NCBI GenBank assembly: GCA_965248535.1
Contig: CBDFJR010000002.1
Location: 1,216,001 to 1,280,000 of the forward strand
Length of the DNA: 64,000 bases
DNA from: Phormidesmis sp.
GTDB taxonomy: Bacteria > Cyanobacteriota > Cyanobacteriia > Leptolyngbyales > Leptolyngbyaceae
Direction: 5' to 3'
Each line of letters opens with the position of its first letter. The first letter of the stretch is position 1. Position numbers and translations under genes: made by a program. The notes under the pieces were generated by a model. That model ran no database searches, was not told the origin of the DNA, and saw only the letters and a program-made list of their open reading frames with translations. Shown here piece after piece: positions 28,378 through 36,927 of this stretch.

Positions 28378-28632
28378 TCAAGCGGTTTGTGGAATAGATT
28401 GTCTGAGATTATAAAGAAATTCTGGGGCAAAATCTGCGCCATTTGACCATTCGATCGTGTTAGTTTCTGGATTTAGGAAAACTTGTTTGAATAGCTCTAT
28501 ATCTTTGAGGGGTTCAAAGATTTCGCCATAGAGTTCTTCTGCTAGATCAATCTCTTGAGTAACGCGATCGCTGAAGGTAAGTCTAAGTTTGTAGGCTTCT
28601 AAATATTCAAGCTTTTCTACACGAAGAAACAT
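28378..28632 (-). CDS. DUF2442-family putative antitoxin
   Basis: YKLRLTFSD...GEIFEPLKD...TIEWSNGADFAPEFLY. Confidence 0.85.
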   Translation of the reverse strand: MFLRVEKLEYLEAYKLRLTFSDRVTQEIDLAEELYGEIFEPLKDIELFKQVFLNPETNTIEWSNGADFAPEFLYNLRQSIPQTA

Positions 28633-28644
28633 AATGACCTCTAG

Positions 28645-28761
28645 TTATTGCAACGGTTGAATATCGCGTAGCGCTCTGCGTTGTCTAGCAAGCTCCCAAT
28701 TATCCATGAGTTCTGCTTGATGCAAATCTAACCATTCAAGCACCATCCTTAATGTTTTTTT
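28645..28761 (-). pseudogene. C-terminal remnant of a DUF4160-family toxin
   Basis: KKTLRMVLEWLDLHQAELMDNWELARQRRALRDIQPLQ* directly upstream of DUF2442; N-terminal HxPPH part missing. Confidence 0.75.
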
Positions 28762-28763
28762 AT

Positions 28764-29030
28764 TTAGGGAAAGTAGCGGTACATTTCTTTGCGATGAAGG
28801 ACTCTCACAAAAACGATTCCAGTTTCATTCAAGACTAAACCGATGCGGTAGTTGCCTACGCGAATGCGATAGTAGTTGCCATCGGCTTTGAGTTTTTTAA
28901 GATTGTTGACCTCTATTAGGTTGACCGCTGCTTCTGCTTCTTCAATGACGGCTTGAATTTTTTGTAACAAGTTGGCATCACGGAGTTTGCTAAGGTCTTT
29001 CTCAAAGCTTTTTCTAAACGTGATGATCAC
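28764..29030 (-). CDS. RelE/StbE-family toxin
   Basis: FRKSFEKDLSKL, KKLK...YYRIRVGNYRIG, VLHRKEMYR. Confidence 0.9.
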   Translation of the reverse strand: MIITFRKSFEKDLSKLRDANLLQKIQAVIEEAEAAVNLIEVNNLKKLKADGNYYRIRVGNYRIGLVLNETGIVFVRVLHRKEMYRYFP

Positions 29031-29236
29031 GCTTTTGGCTCCAGAATTTGAAAGATGGTGTCGCGGCTGACAAGTTCGCTGGTGTTGCCTTCTGCGATCG
29101 CTCGTTCCATTGCAATATCTTCGATGACTTCTGCAAGTAGCTCAGAAAATTCTTCTCGGTTGTCTCTCAATAGTTCAACGATCGCGCTTTTTAAGAGTTC
29201 CTTTAGTTGCTCTGGGTTGAGCGTGATTTCAGACAT
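29027..29236 (-). CDS. Acidic antitoxin partner of RelE
   Basis: 69-aa acidic ORF overlapping relE by 4 nt; GGAGG RBS. Confidence 0.8.
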   Translation of the reverse strand: MSEITLNPEQLKELLKSAIVELLRDNREEFSELLAEVIEDIAMERAIAEGNTSELVSRDTIFQILEPKA

Positions 29237-29278
29237 TGTGCCTCCGTGCGTGATGATGGGTCAGATTTTAGGGGGTGC

Positions 29279-32077
29279 CTAGGGGCCAACGATCGCTTCC
29301 CCATTTTTCTCTTTTTCTGCTAATTCTAAGTTTAACGTCAGCAGTTTTTCGAGCAGGTCATCGTCTGGTTTGAAGCGGTAGGCTTGAAGGACGATCGTAT
29401 CGAGTTTGGCGTGGAGCTTAAAGAGTTGACTGGTCGGCTCGTGGAAATATTCGTTGTAGAGTTTGGTGATGCCCCACTGTTTTTTCTCCATTTGGGCGCT
29501 GCGGTAGTCGTGGAGTTCTTGGGCAGTGGCGCGGATGGTGGTGATCAGGTTAAGGGCTGGGGTTTGGGGGAAGGGGAAGGTTTCAAAGCAGGTGTTGTGA
29601 GTGTAGCGAGTATCGCCTTTCAGCGTAGAACTTTGTGCTTTTACCCAGGTTCGATGAACGTTTGAGGTGAGAATGCCAAGAATGTAGAAATCATCGGATG
29701 TAACAGGATGAGCATTATTTCCAGCCAGCCAGTTTTTAGGAAATGGAATAAACATAAACCACTTTGAAACTTCTGGAACTGCAAAGCATTGAGACAGTAA
29801 AGCAAGCTCTTTCCTCATTGCTGGTCTTTTTTCACCGTACTTCCACCAATTAAGTTTGGTCACTTCTCTACGATTCAGATCTCGCTCTGGTTTAACGTTG
29901 ATTTTCACATGAGTGAAAGGGAGTTTATACTCACTAGCCTCTTCGATAGCCATATCGTTGAAGTCAATAATCCAACGTTCTGGTAATCCATTAGGATTTT
30001 GGGCTAAATTAGCACCCATTGAAAACAGTTTGAGAACTTCTTGATTCTTTGAGTCTGCTTTAATCCATTGAATTGCTTGCTGTTCGTTAATAATGAAACC
30101 TTTACCGATAGGAATAACACCTTGAAAACATTTATTAAGATTGACTTTGAGACGAACGGCTTGGGAAACATCGATTTCTGCTTTTAGCGAGGAGTTGATA
30201 TACAAAACGGGTTGGCTATCAAGATATAGCTTTGACTTGCTGTTAAGCATAGCCTGAGCTAAAAGCCCACCACTACCGCAAGCAGGATCAAGCATTTTCA
30301 AATTAGGGTCGAGCGAGCTAATATTCAGCTTAATCCAGTTGACAATACTGACATGAACCTTTGCTTCTCCTGACCATACCTGAGATGAAACTGCTTCATG
30401 AATAATGCCGCCTTTTTGAGTCACATAATCTAGTGCAGCAGTTCGGCTTTTTCCTTGACTAATTGAGTTTGTTGCAACTAATCCTGCTCGTCCAAAACTA
30501 CTGAGATTATCTTGTGTTAGACGGAACCAATAGGCGCAGAAATCAACCGAATCTTTGACATCAGGAAAGCGCTTAAACACTCGATCGATATACTCATCAC
30601 CAAGAGTCATCCGCAAATGTTTGCCACCCAAAAACGGCGGATTACCAATAATCGCATCTGCCTTCACCCACTCCGTAAACAGTGCATCTTTACAGATAAT
30701 ATTTTCATCCAGCGTGTCCAACGGCAGAGCAGGCTGGTCGTGAATATCGCAAAGGTCGATCGCCACTTTGCGGGCAATCATCAGCGTCACTCGCGCCAAC
30801 TCCACCGCAAACGCATTCGTGTCCATGCCATAAAACTGCTGCGGCGTGACAAAGCCAATGCTCATCTGACCCTGCCCACTTTCCGACCTGCGACGGGCAT
30901 CGATCTTGTCTTGCAGCACACGCTCCAGCCGTTTTAGCTCCAGATACGCCATGTAGAGAAAATTGCCCGACCCACACGCCGGATCAAGCACCTTATATTG
31001 GCGCAACTCCGTCTGCAAAGTGAAGAGTTCAGCCAATGTAGTTGCCTGCGCGATCTTGTCTTCCCAATAGCGCGTAATCGTCGGGCGCACAATCTTGAGA
31101 ATGTCTTCTTCAGACGTGAAATGAATGCCGTGGGCGTGGCGCTCACTGCGGTTGCTTTTGCCGATCGCCGACTCAAAGATATTGCCAAAGATCGATGGGC
31201 GCACCGCCTTCCAGTCTTGTGATGCTGCTGCCTCCAACAGTTCCAGTTCTTTCTCGGTCAGTTCGAGGGGATGCACCTCCCGAAACAAGCCCCCGTTAAA
31301 ATAATCTACGCCCTGATAGCGTCCTGCGGTCGCAATGCCCGGTCGATTCATCTCCTGAAACAAGTTGCCTAAAATGTCGTAGGTGTTCGATGGTTTGCCC
31401 TGGCGCGATCGCTCCAAACACTCGCGCACCGCACTAATAAACAGATCCTCTGGCAATAATTTTCGATCTTCCGCAAACATTGCCAATACGCATTGCAGCA
31501 CAAACCGCTGGGCAGTCTTCGGGTCAACGGCATCCCGCTTCCGCTGAGTCAGCATCGTCAGCAATTCGCCCATGCGTCCCGCCGCTTTCTCCGTCACCGA
31601 CACCAGATTATTGTTGAAGACAGGCGCACGATCCAACTCTGGATTCATAAACGTGAACGCCCCAATTCGTTCGGGCAACCGTTCTAACGAAATCTTCTCG
31701 ATCGGTTCTTCAGACTGCTTTTTAAAGTCATAGATCCAAAACTCATCGAAGTTGCACAGCATCACATAGCTAGGACACTGCAACTGCATCCAATAGGTGA
31801 CGGCTTGCGCGTAATGTTTATTGAGGTCTTCGCCCCGCTTCTTCATCTCAATCAGCAAATGGGGCTGCCAGGCAAGATCGGCAAAGCCCGTATTACCTTT
31901 TTTACTGCCCTTTTTTACCCGTTGCTCTAGCGTTGCCCCGGCTTCGATCGCGCCTTCATGCCCAAACGCTTGAAAGAAGCGATCGAGAAAGTTTTGCGAC
32001 TCGCCTTTCTCGTCACCTTTAAGATGCTGCTGGCAATATTTGACAAATTTCTCAAGGCTTGCGGGTGTAGCTGGCAT
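29279..32077 (-). CDS. MmeI-like (type IIL/IIG) fused restriction endonuclease and N6-adenine methyltransferase
   Basis: ADL...IEMK PD-(D/E)xK; SIFGNIFE, GIHFTS, LDPACGSGNFL motif I, GNPPFLGG motif IV; C-terminal TRD ending CFETFPFP. Confidence 0.9.
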   Translation of the reverse strand: MPATPASLEKFVKYCQQHLKGDEKGESQNFLDRFFQAFGHEGAIEAGATLEQRVKKGSKKGNTGFADLAWQPHLLIEMKKRGEDLNKHYAQAVTYWMQLQCPSYVMLCNFDEFWIYDFKKQSEEPIEKISLERLPERIGAFTFMNPELDRAPVFNNNLVSVTEKAAGRMGELLTMLTQRKRDAVDPKTAQRFVLQCVLAMFAEDRKLLPEDLFISAVRECLERSRQGKPSNTYDILGNLFQEMNRPGIATAGRYQGVDYFNGGLFREVHPLELTEKELELLEAAASQDWKAVRPSIFGNIFESAIGKSNRSERHAHGIHFTSEEDILKIVRPTITRYWEDKIAQATTLAELFTLQTELRQYKVLDPACGSGNFLYMAYLELKRLERVLQDKIDARRRSESGQGQMSIGFVTPQQFYGMDTNAFAVELARVTLMIARKVAIDLCDIHDQPALPLDTLDENIICKDALFTEWVKADAIIGNPPFLGGKHLRMTLGDEYIDRVFKRFPDVKDSVDFCAYWFRLTQDNLSSFGRAGLVATNSISQGKSRTAALDYVTQKGGIIHEAVSSQVWSGEAKVHVSIVNWIKLNISSLDPNLKMLDPACGSGGLLAQAMLNSKSKLYLDSQPVLYINSSLKAEIDVSQAVRLKVNLNKCFQGVIPIGKGFIINEQQAIQWIKADSKNQEVLKLFSMGANLAQNPNGLPERWIIDFNDMAIEEASEYKLPFTHVKINVKPERDLNRREVTKLNWWKYGEKRPAMRKELALLSQCFAVPEVSKWFMFIPFPKNWLAGNNAHPVTSDDFYILGILTSNVHRTWVKAQSSTLKGDTRYTHNTCFETFPFPQTPALNLITTIRATAQELHDYRSAQMEKKQWGITKLYNEYFHEPTSQLFKLHAKLDTIVLQAYRFKPDDDLLEKLLTLNLELAEKEKNGEAIVGP

Positions 32078-32204
32078 AGTCAGAATTCAGCGAGGGAGCA
32101 AAGGAAAAGCGCGAATCGATAACCATAGGGTTAGCGCTCAGTATTCCCACCTTAACCCTACCGATTGAGCTTAAATCTCGGCAGCTTCGCTTCACTGCGT
32201 GTTC

Positions 32205-32362
32205 GTTGCTGTTCTAAACTCGGATTGTCGAGCTTCTTGCTCCGATGTTGCTGTTCCCAACTCGAAGCACCGAGCTTTCTGCTCTAATGCCGCTGCTCTG
32301 AACTCGGAATGTCGAGCTTTTTGCTTCGATGTTGCCGTTCCGAACTCGGATCGTCGAGCAAT
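32205..32362. repeat. Degenerate 42-nt tandem repeat (about 3.7 units)
   Basis: AACTCG...CGAGC recurs at 42-nt period; translates as ARxSEFxTATSEQK-like units on the minus strand. Confidence 0.7.
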
Positions 32363-32446
32363 TTGCCCCATCATCCAAGCTCTGAGCTTCAATTTGGACT
32401 TTAGAGGTGTATACATAGGGCTTTGTCGCTGCGTTCTAGTCTTTCA

Positions 32447-32527
32447 GCCCCCTAAATCCCCCATTCTGGTGGACTTTGAATCGGAGTTTTGAGCTTAAAG
32501 TCCCCCATTTTGGGGGATTTAGGGAGC
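32447..32527. repeat. Cyanobacterial dispersed palindromic repeat pair (inverted)
   Basis: CCCCCTAAATCCCCCATTCTGGTGGACTTT ... AAAGTCCCCCATTTTGGGGGATTTAGGG. Confidence 0.8.
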
Positions 32528-32597
32528 GAAGATCTCGGCAATGACGAATCGAAAACCCCATCGAACTGACGTGATCTTAAGGCCCTGCTCTGGTCAC

Positions 32598-32634
32598 AAA
32601 AAAAGGGTGCGTCACCCTCATCAGCAACGCACCC
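32598..32634 (-). terminator. Rho-independent terminator of the 32659-34311 gene
   Basis: GGGTGCGT ... ACGCACCC stem with A7 on the plus strand. Confidence 0.7.
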
Positions 32635-32658
32635 GATCGATTAAAAATTCAAAAAAGG

Positions 32659-34311
32659 TTAGCGTTTAAACTCTTTCAGCCATTCGCGCAACTGTTCAGC
32701 CGCGACTTCACGGCCGCCCAAGCCAAAGGAAAGCGCAATAGCCACTGCGATCGCGCCTAACAGCAACCCAAACGCTAGGTTAACAATATTTGGAGCGATG
32801 CCCATTTGCTGAAGAGCCATCGCCGCCACGAGTGCAATAATTGACACCCGCGCCGTTTGACCTAACAGATTAGCCTGACGACTTCCAGAACTGTTGATTA
32901 GGCTATAGGCAAGATTGGCGAGATATAAGCCAACTGCAAACACCACTAATCCGACTAGAATTCGTCCAAAGACAATGAGCAAGCCTGCCACAATTTGCTT
33001 CAGCGCCTCAAATTGCAGCACATCGATCGCCGCAACCGTAGCCAGCAACATCACACCAACTAGCACCACTACGCCGACAATTTCAGAGGGCGTGCGAACC
33101 GACGGGCTAGCAGGTGGCTCATGCAGCGTTTCACCCGTTTGAAACTCAGCGCTATAGGGAACCTGAGGCGCAGGAGACGGAAGACCCAGCCACTGAAAAA
33201 CATTGTTGAACCCAATGCCCGCCAAAAGGTTTGTGACTAAATCGGCAATAAATTTGCCCACCACATAAGCGATCGCCAAAATCAATGCGGCCGTAAAAAT
33301 CTTGGGCAGCGCGTTGAGAATCTGATTCAGCATCGAGGTGGCTGGGTTAGAAATAGCAGGAATTGCTAAAGCATCCAGGGCCGCCGTTGCTGCGGGAATC
33401 AAAATCAAAACATAGACGATCGTGCCCACCAGCCATGAGAGCGATTGCCCGCCTCTGGCTCGACTTAGCCCAAATCTGGCTCCGATCTGGTCGGCTCCAC
33501 TGGCAGACAGCAAATTGGTAACAATGCCCCGCACAATCCGTGCTACAAACCAGCCCACCACTCCAATCAAAACCGCTTTGATGATGTTGGGCAGAGCACC
33601 CAAAATCTGGTCTAGCAAGTTTTGCACGGGCTGAAGCGGGCCCTGTAGATCCAGCACCCCTAGAACCAAGGGTAGGAAAAACAAAAAGACAAACCAATAC
33701 AGCGCATTGCCGAGGGTTTCACTTAGCAAAAACGGACTGGGAGACAGGGGATCAGAAGGAGCTTGGTCTGCCAGACGCTCGTCAAGGGAGAAGGACTGAG
33801 CCGTGCGAATGACGATCGCTTTCACCACGGTTGCCACGACCCAGGCGATCGCAATCAACACCGCCGCCGAGCCAAGACGCGGCAAAAACCCAAAAATCTG
33901 ACTGAGGAATGTGTTGAGCGGAGTTGAGACGGTCTGTAGGTTGAGGGCGTTTAGCGCCGCCACCACCGCCAGGATCATAATGATCCAGAACACGATCGCG
34001 CCGATTAAATTCTCTACCTTTAGATCTGACTGACTGCGCCCAGTTGAAATCATCCCCGCTAGGCGGTTATCAACATCTGTACGTTTGAGCAGACTGCGAA
34101 CAGCACCTGAAACGATCGCGCCCACTAGCCAGCCAATCAACAAGATCGCTACTGCCCCCAGCAACCGCGCCACGATATTGGTGAGATTGTTGGGATCGAT
34201 GCCTTGGAAAACGGTGATTGGGGCAGCGGGAGCTTGTGCTAATACGATCGCCAGCGGGCTGAGTATCTGCCCCCCAACTGGCTCACTAAGACTTTGCCAA
34301 ACTTGATTCAT
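32659..34311 (-). CDS. Multi-TM 'TM helix repeat' protein (CmpX / mechanosensitive channel-like)
   Basis: Repeated LPxI..A..I..G..VA units; ALSFGLGGRE end motif. Confidence 0.8.
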   Translation of the reverse strand: MNQVWQSLSEPVGGQILSPLAIVLAQAPAAPITVFQGIDPNNLTNIVARLLGAVAILLIGWLVGAIVSGAVRSLLKRTDVDNRLAGMISTGRSQSDLKVENLIGAIVFWIIMILAVVAALNALNLQTVSTPLNTFLSQIFGFLPRLGSAAVLIAIAWVVATVVKAIVIRTAQSFSLDERLADQAPSDPLSPSPFLLSETLGNALYWFVFLFFLPLVLGVLDLQGPLQPVQNLLDQILGALPNIIKAVLIGVVGWFVARIVRGIVTNLLSASGADQIGARFGLSRARGGQSLSWLVGTIVYVLILIPAATAALDALAIPAISNPATSMLNQILNALPKIFTAALILAIAYVVGKFIADLVTNLLAGIGFNNVFQWLGLPSPAPQVPYSAEFQTGETLHEPPASPSVRTPSEIVGVVVLVGVMLLATVAAIDVLQFEALKQIVAGLLIVFGRILVGLVVFAVGLYLANLAYSLINSSGSRQANLLGQTARVSIIALVAAMALQQMGIAPNIVNLAFGLLLGAIAVAIALSFGLGGREVAAEQLREWLKEFKR

Positions 34312-34757
34312 GGTTATCTAGTAATCTCTTTTTCGGTCGGTCAAAACGCGCCACCGCCACTGCGAGAAGAGCAGCGATTTAGAACTAAGTTGGGAAGCAG
34401 TCTGTTTTTATACAATTCGGCTTACGAGTCCTTACTTAGAGCGCCAGAAATTCTTGTGAGGAGCGTTAAAATACGGGTGCATCATCAGGGTACAGGCATC
34501 TCTCAAAAGAGAAAAGACTTTAGAAATACTATTTCAAGTTTTGATGAATTATCATAGAGACCTCAATAAGTTTCTGACCCACGGCTAATGATGAGAAGAT
34601 TTTATCGACTCGTCAGAGAGGTGTCGTCAATAAAGTAGTCAACCCTGCACCTGATCGGCAGAATGCCATTTAGCCGGGCCCCAAAGCCTCGGTCTAGAGG
34701 TATATTTTTGACACAAGAAACTATTCAGCCCTCGAATCTCAGAGATCATCCGTTAAA

Positions 34758-35213
34758 ATGCCTCCTCAGATTTTTGAGCAATCTATTCAGATTAATGCCA
34801 GTGCCACGATCGTAGAACGCTGTTTTACCAATCAAAGCCTGATGCACCGCTGGCTCAATCCGGCATTGCGCTGTGAGCCAATCGGCAAGTGGTCTACCGA
34901 GGTCGGCAGCCTTAGCCGTTTTGTGATTCAAGTTCCGCTGCTTCAACCCGCCCTGAGAAGTGTGGTCGCCGAGCGCGAACCGGGGTTAGTGGTTTGGGAG
35001 TTTCAAGGATTTTTTAAGGGGCGCGATCGCTGGGAATGCACCCCTGAAGGCAACGGCACTCGGTTGCTCAATCGCTTTGAGTTTGAGATTCCTAACCCGA
35101 TCGTGCGATTTGGGTTCAACACTTTTGCCTCTGAGTGGACACAGGCAGATATGACGGCCCAACTCCGACGGCTCAAGCGAGTGGCTGAAGAAGTTTATCA
35201 GAGGGTGAGCTAG
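34758..35213 (+). CDS. SRPBCC/polyketide cyclase family protein
   Basis: FEQSIQINAS, MHRWLNP, GFFKGRDRWEC. Confidence 0.8.
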   Translation: MPPQIFEQSIQINASATIVERCFTNQSLMHRWLNPALRCEPIGKWSTEVGSLSRFVIQVPLLQPALRSVVAEREPGLVVWEFQGFFKGRDRWECTPEGNGTRLLNRFEFEIPNPIVRFGFNTFASEWTQADMTAQLRRLKRVAEEVYQRVS

Positions 35214-36763
35214 CTGGTTGCTGCTTTCTCTAATATCAGTTTCGATCGCTTTAACGGCTCAGGCACCGCGATCGGATAGTCACCCGTAAAGCAAGCCGAG
35301 CAGAACTCTTGGGTGTTTTCACGAGTGGCGGTCAACATCCCATCTAGGCTGAGATATTGCAGAGAATCGACTCCGATTTGCTCGGCGATTTCTGCAACCG
35401 ATTTGGTCGCGGCGATCAGGTGATCCTGACTATCCGTGTCAATGCCATAAAAACAAGGGTGAGTCACCGGGGGCGATGAGATTCTCATGTGCACCTCGAT
35501 CGCGCCTGCATCGCGGAGGGCTTTGACAATTTTGCGGCTGGTGGTGCCGCGCACGATCGAGTCATCGACGATCACAACCCGCTTGCCTGCCAGCACATCT
35601 TTAAGCGGATTCAGCTTCATTTTGATGCCCGATTCGCGCATCGCTTGAGTAGGTTGAATGAAGGTGCGACCCACATAGCGGTTTTTGATCAAGCCTTCTG
35701 CATAGGGAATGCCCGACGCTTGAGAAAACCCGATCGCCGCAGGCACCCCCGAATCGGGCACTGCGATCACGATATCTGCATCAACTGCCGATTCTGCCGC
35801 AAGCTGGCGACCAATTCGCAGCCGATAGCTATATAAACTCTCGTCATGCACAACGCTATCAGGGCGTGCAAAATAAATCATTTCAAAGATGCAGAGTTTG
35901 CGCTGTGACTGCTCTGCCCAGCGACTCGACGCTAACCCAGCATCGGTGATCCACACCAGTTCGCCCGGTGCCACGTCGCGCAAATAATCGGCTCCAATAA
36001 TGTCTAACCCACAGGTCTCAGAGGCCAGCACATAGCGAGGGGCATCGTCAGGCGAGGCTTGGGGCAGAGTGCCGATCACCAGAGGACGGATGCCATTGGG
36101 GTCACGAGCGCCGATCATGCCATCGGGGGTGCCGATGACTAAACTAAAGGCTCCTTGACATCGCTTAAAGGCTTGAGTGGCAGCCTCTACCCAAGCGTTT
36201 CCGGCGTTGACGGCTTCGGCGATCGCCCACGCGATCGCTTCTGAATCGGTAGTGGTGAGAAAATTGTGATTTTGCTCTAACAGTTCTTCTCGGAGAATTT
36301 GAGTATTGACGAGGTTGCCATTGTGAGCCAGCGCAATTTTGCCTAAGCGGGTTTGCACCACAGCAGGTTGTGCATTGACAACGCGACTAGACCCGGTTGT
36401 GGAGTAGCGAGTATGCCCGATCGCCAGATCCCCCAACAGTTCACTGAGAATCGTCTCATTGAAAACTTGAGACACCAGCCCCATCTCTTTATGGAGGTGA
36501 ACGGTGTCACCTTCAAAGGTGGCAATGCCAGCCGATTCTTGCCCCCGATGCTGAAGTGCATATAGCCCAAAATAGGCAAGATTGGCGACTTTTTCGCCGG
36601 GGGCATAGACCCCAAAGACTCCGCAGGATTCTTCTGGTTTGTCACCGCAAGATTCTTCTGGTTTGTCAGCGCAAGATTCTTCTGGTTTGTTACCAAACAT
36701 GAGCGGGTCTACCCATTCATCACAGTGCTCAAGCGAATCGGATAACGTGTCATCAGGCAACAT
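35210..36763 (-). CDS. purF: Amidophosphoribosyltransferase
   Basis: CGVFG, LQHRGQESAG, GHTRYST, HNGNL, VDDSIVRGTTS. Confidence 0.97.
   Translation of the reverse strand: MLPDDTLSDSLEHCDEWVDPLMFGNKPEESCADKPEESCGDKPEESCGVFGVYAPGEKVANLAYFGLYALQHRGQESAGIATFEGDTVHLHKEMGLVSQVFNETILSELLGDLAIGHTRYSTTGSSRVVNAQPAVVQTRLGKIALAHNGNLVNTQILREELLEQNHNFLTTTDSEAIAWAIAEAVNAGNAWVEAATQAFKRCQGAFSLVIGTPDGMIGARDPNGIRPLVIGTLPQASPDDAPRYVLASETCGLDIIGADYLRDVAPGELVWITDAGLASSRWAEQSQRKLCIFEMIYFARPDSVVHDESLYSYRLRIGRQLAAESAVDADIVIAVPDSGVPAAIGFSQASGIPYAEGLIKNRYVGRTFIQPTQAMRESGIKMKLNPLKDVLAGKRVVIVDDSIVRGTTSRKIVKALRDAGAIEVHMRISSPPVTHPCFYGIDTDSQDHLIAATKSVAEIAEQIGVDSLQYLSLDGMLTATRENTQEFCSACFTGDYPIAVPEPLKRSKLILEKAATS
36621..36692. 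repeat. 3 x 24-nt in-frame tandem repeat in the purF propeptide
   Basis: (C/G)CGCA(G/A)GATTCTTCTGGTTTGT(C/T)A x3, encoding KPEESC(A/G)D-like units. Confidence 0.95.
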
Positions 36764-36927
36764 AGGTTTAGCTCAGAGCTTACTAGGGATCTTGTGAAGG
36801 AGCGCAGGGCAAGTTGATGAAGGGAAGGCTTAACTTGTCTTAATATTCACTTAATAATCTCACAAATCTGAGGCGATCGCTTCTGAAATGCCAGAAGAGA
36901 GAGATTTCATGCCGACGATCGTCGGCT

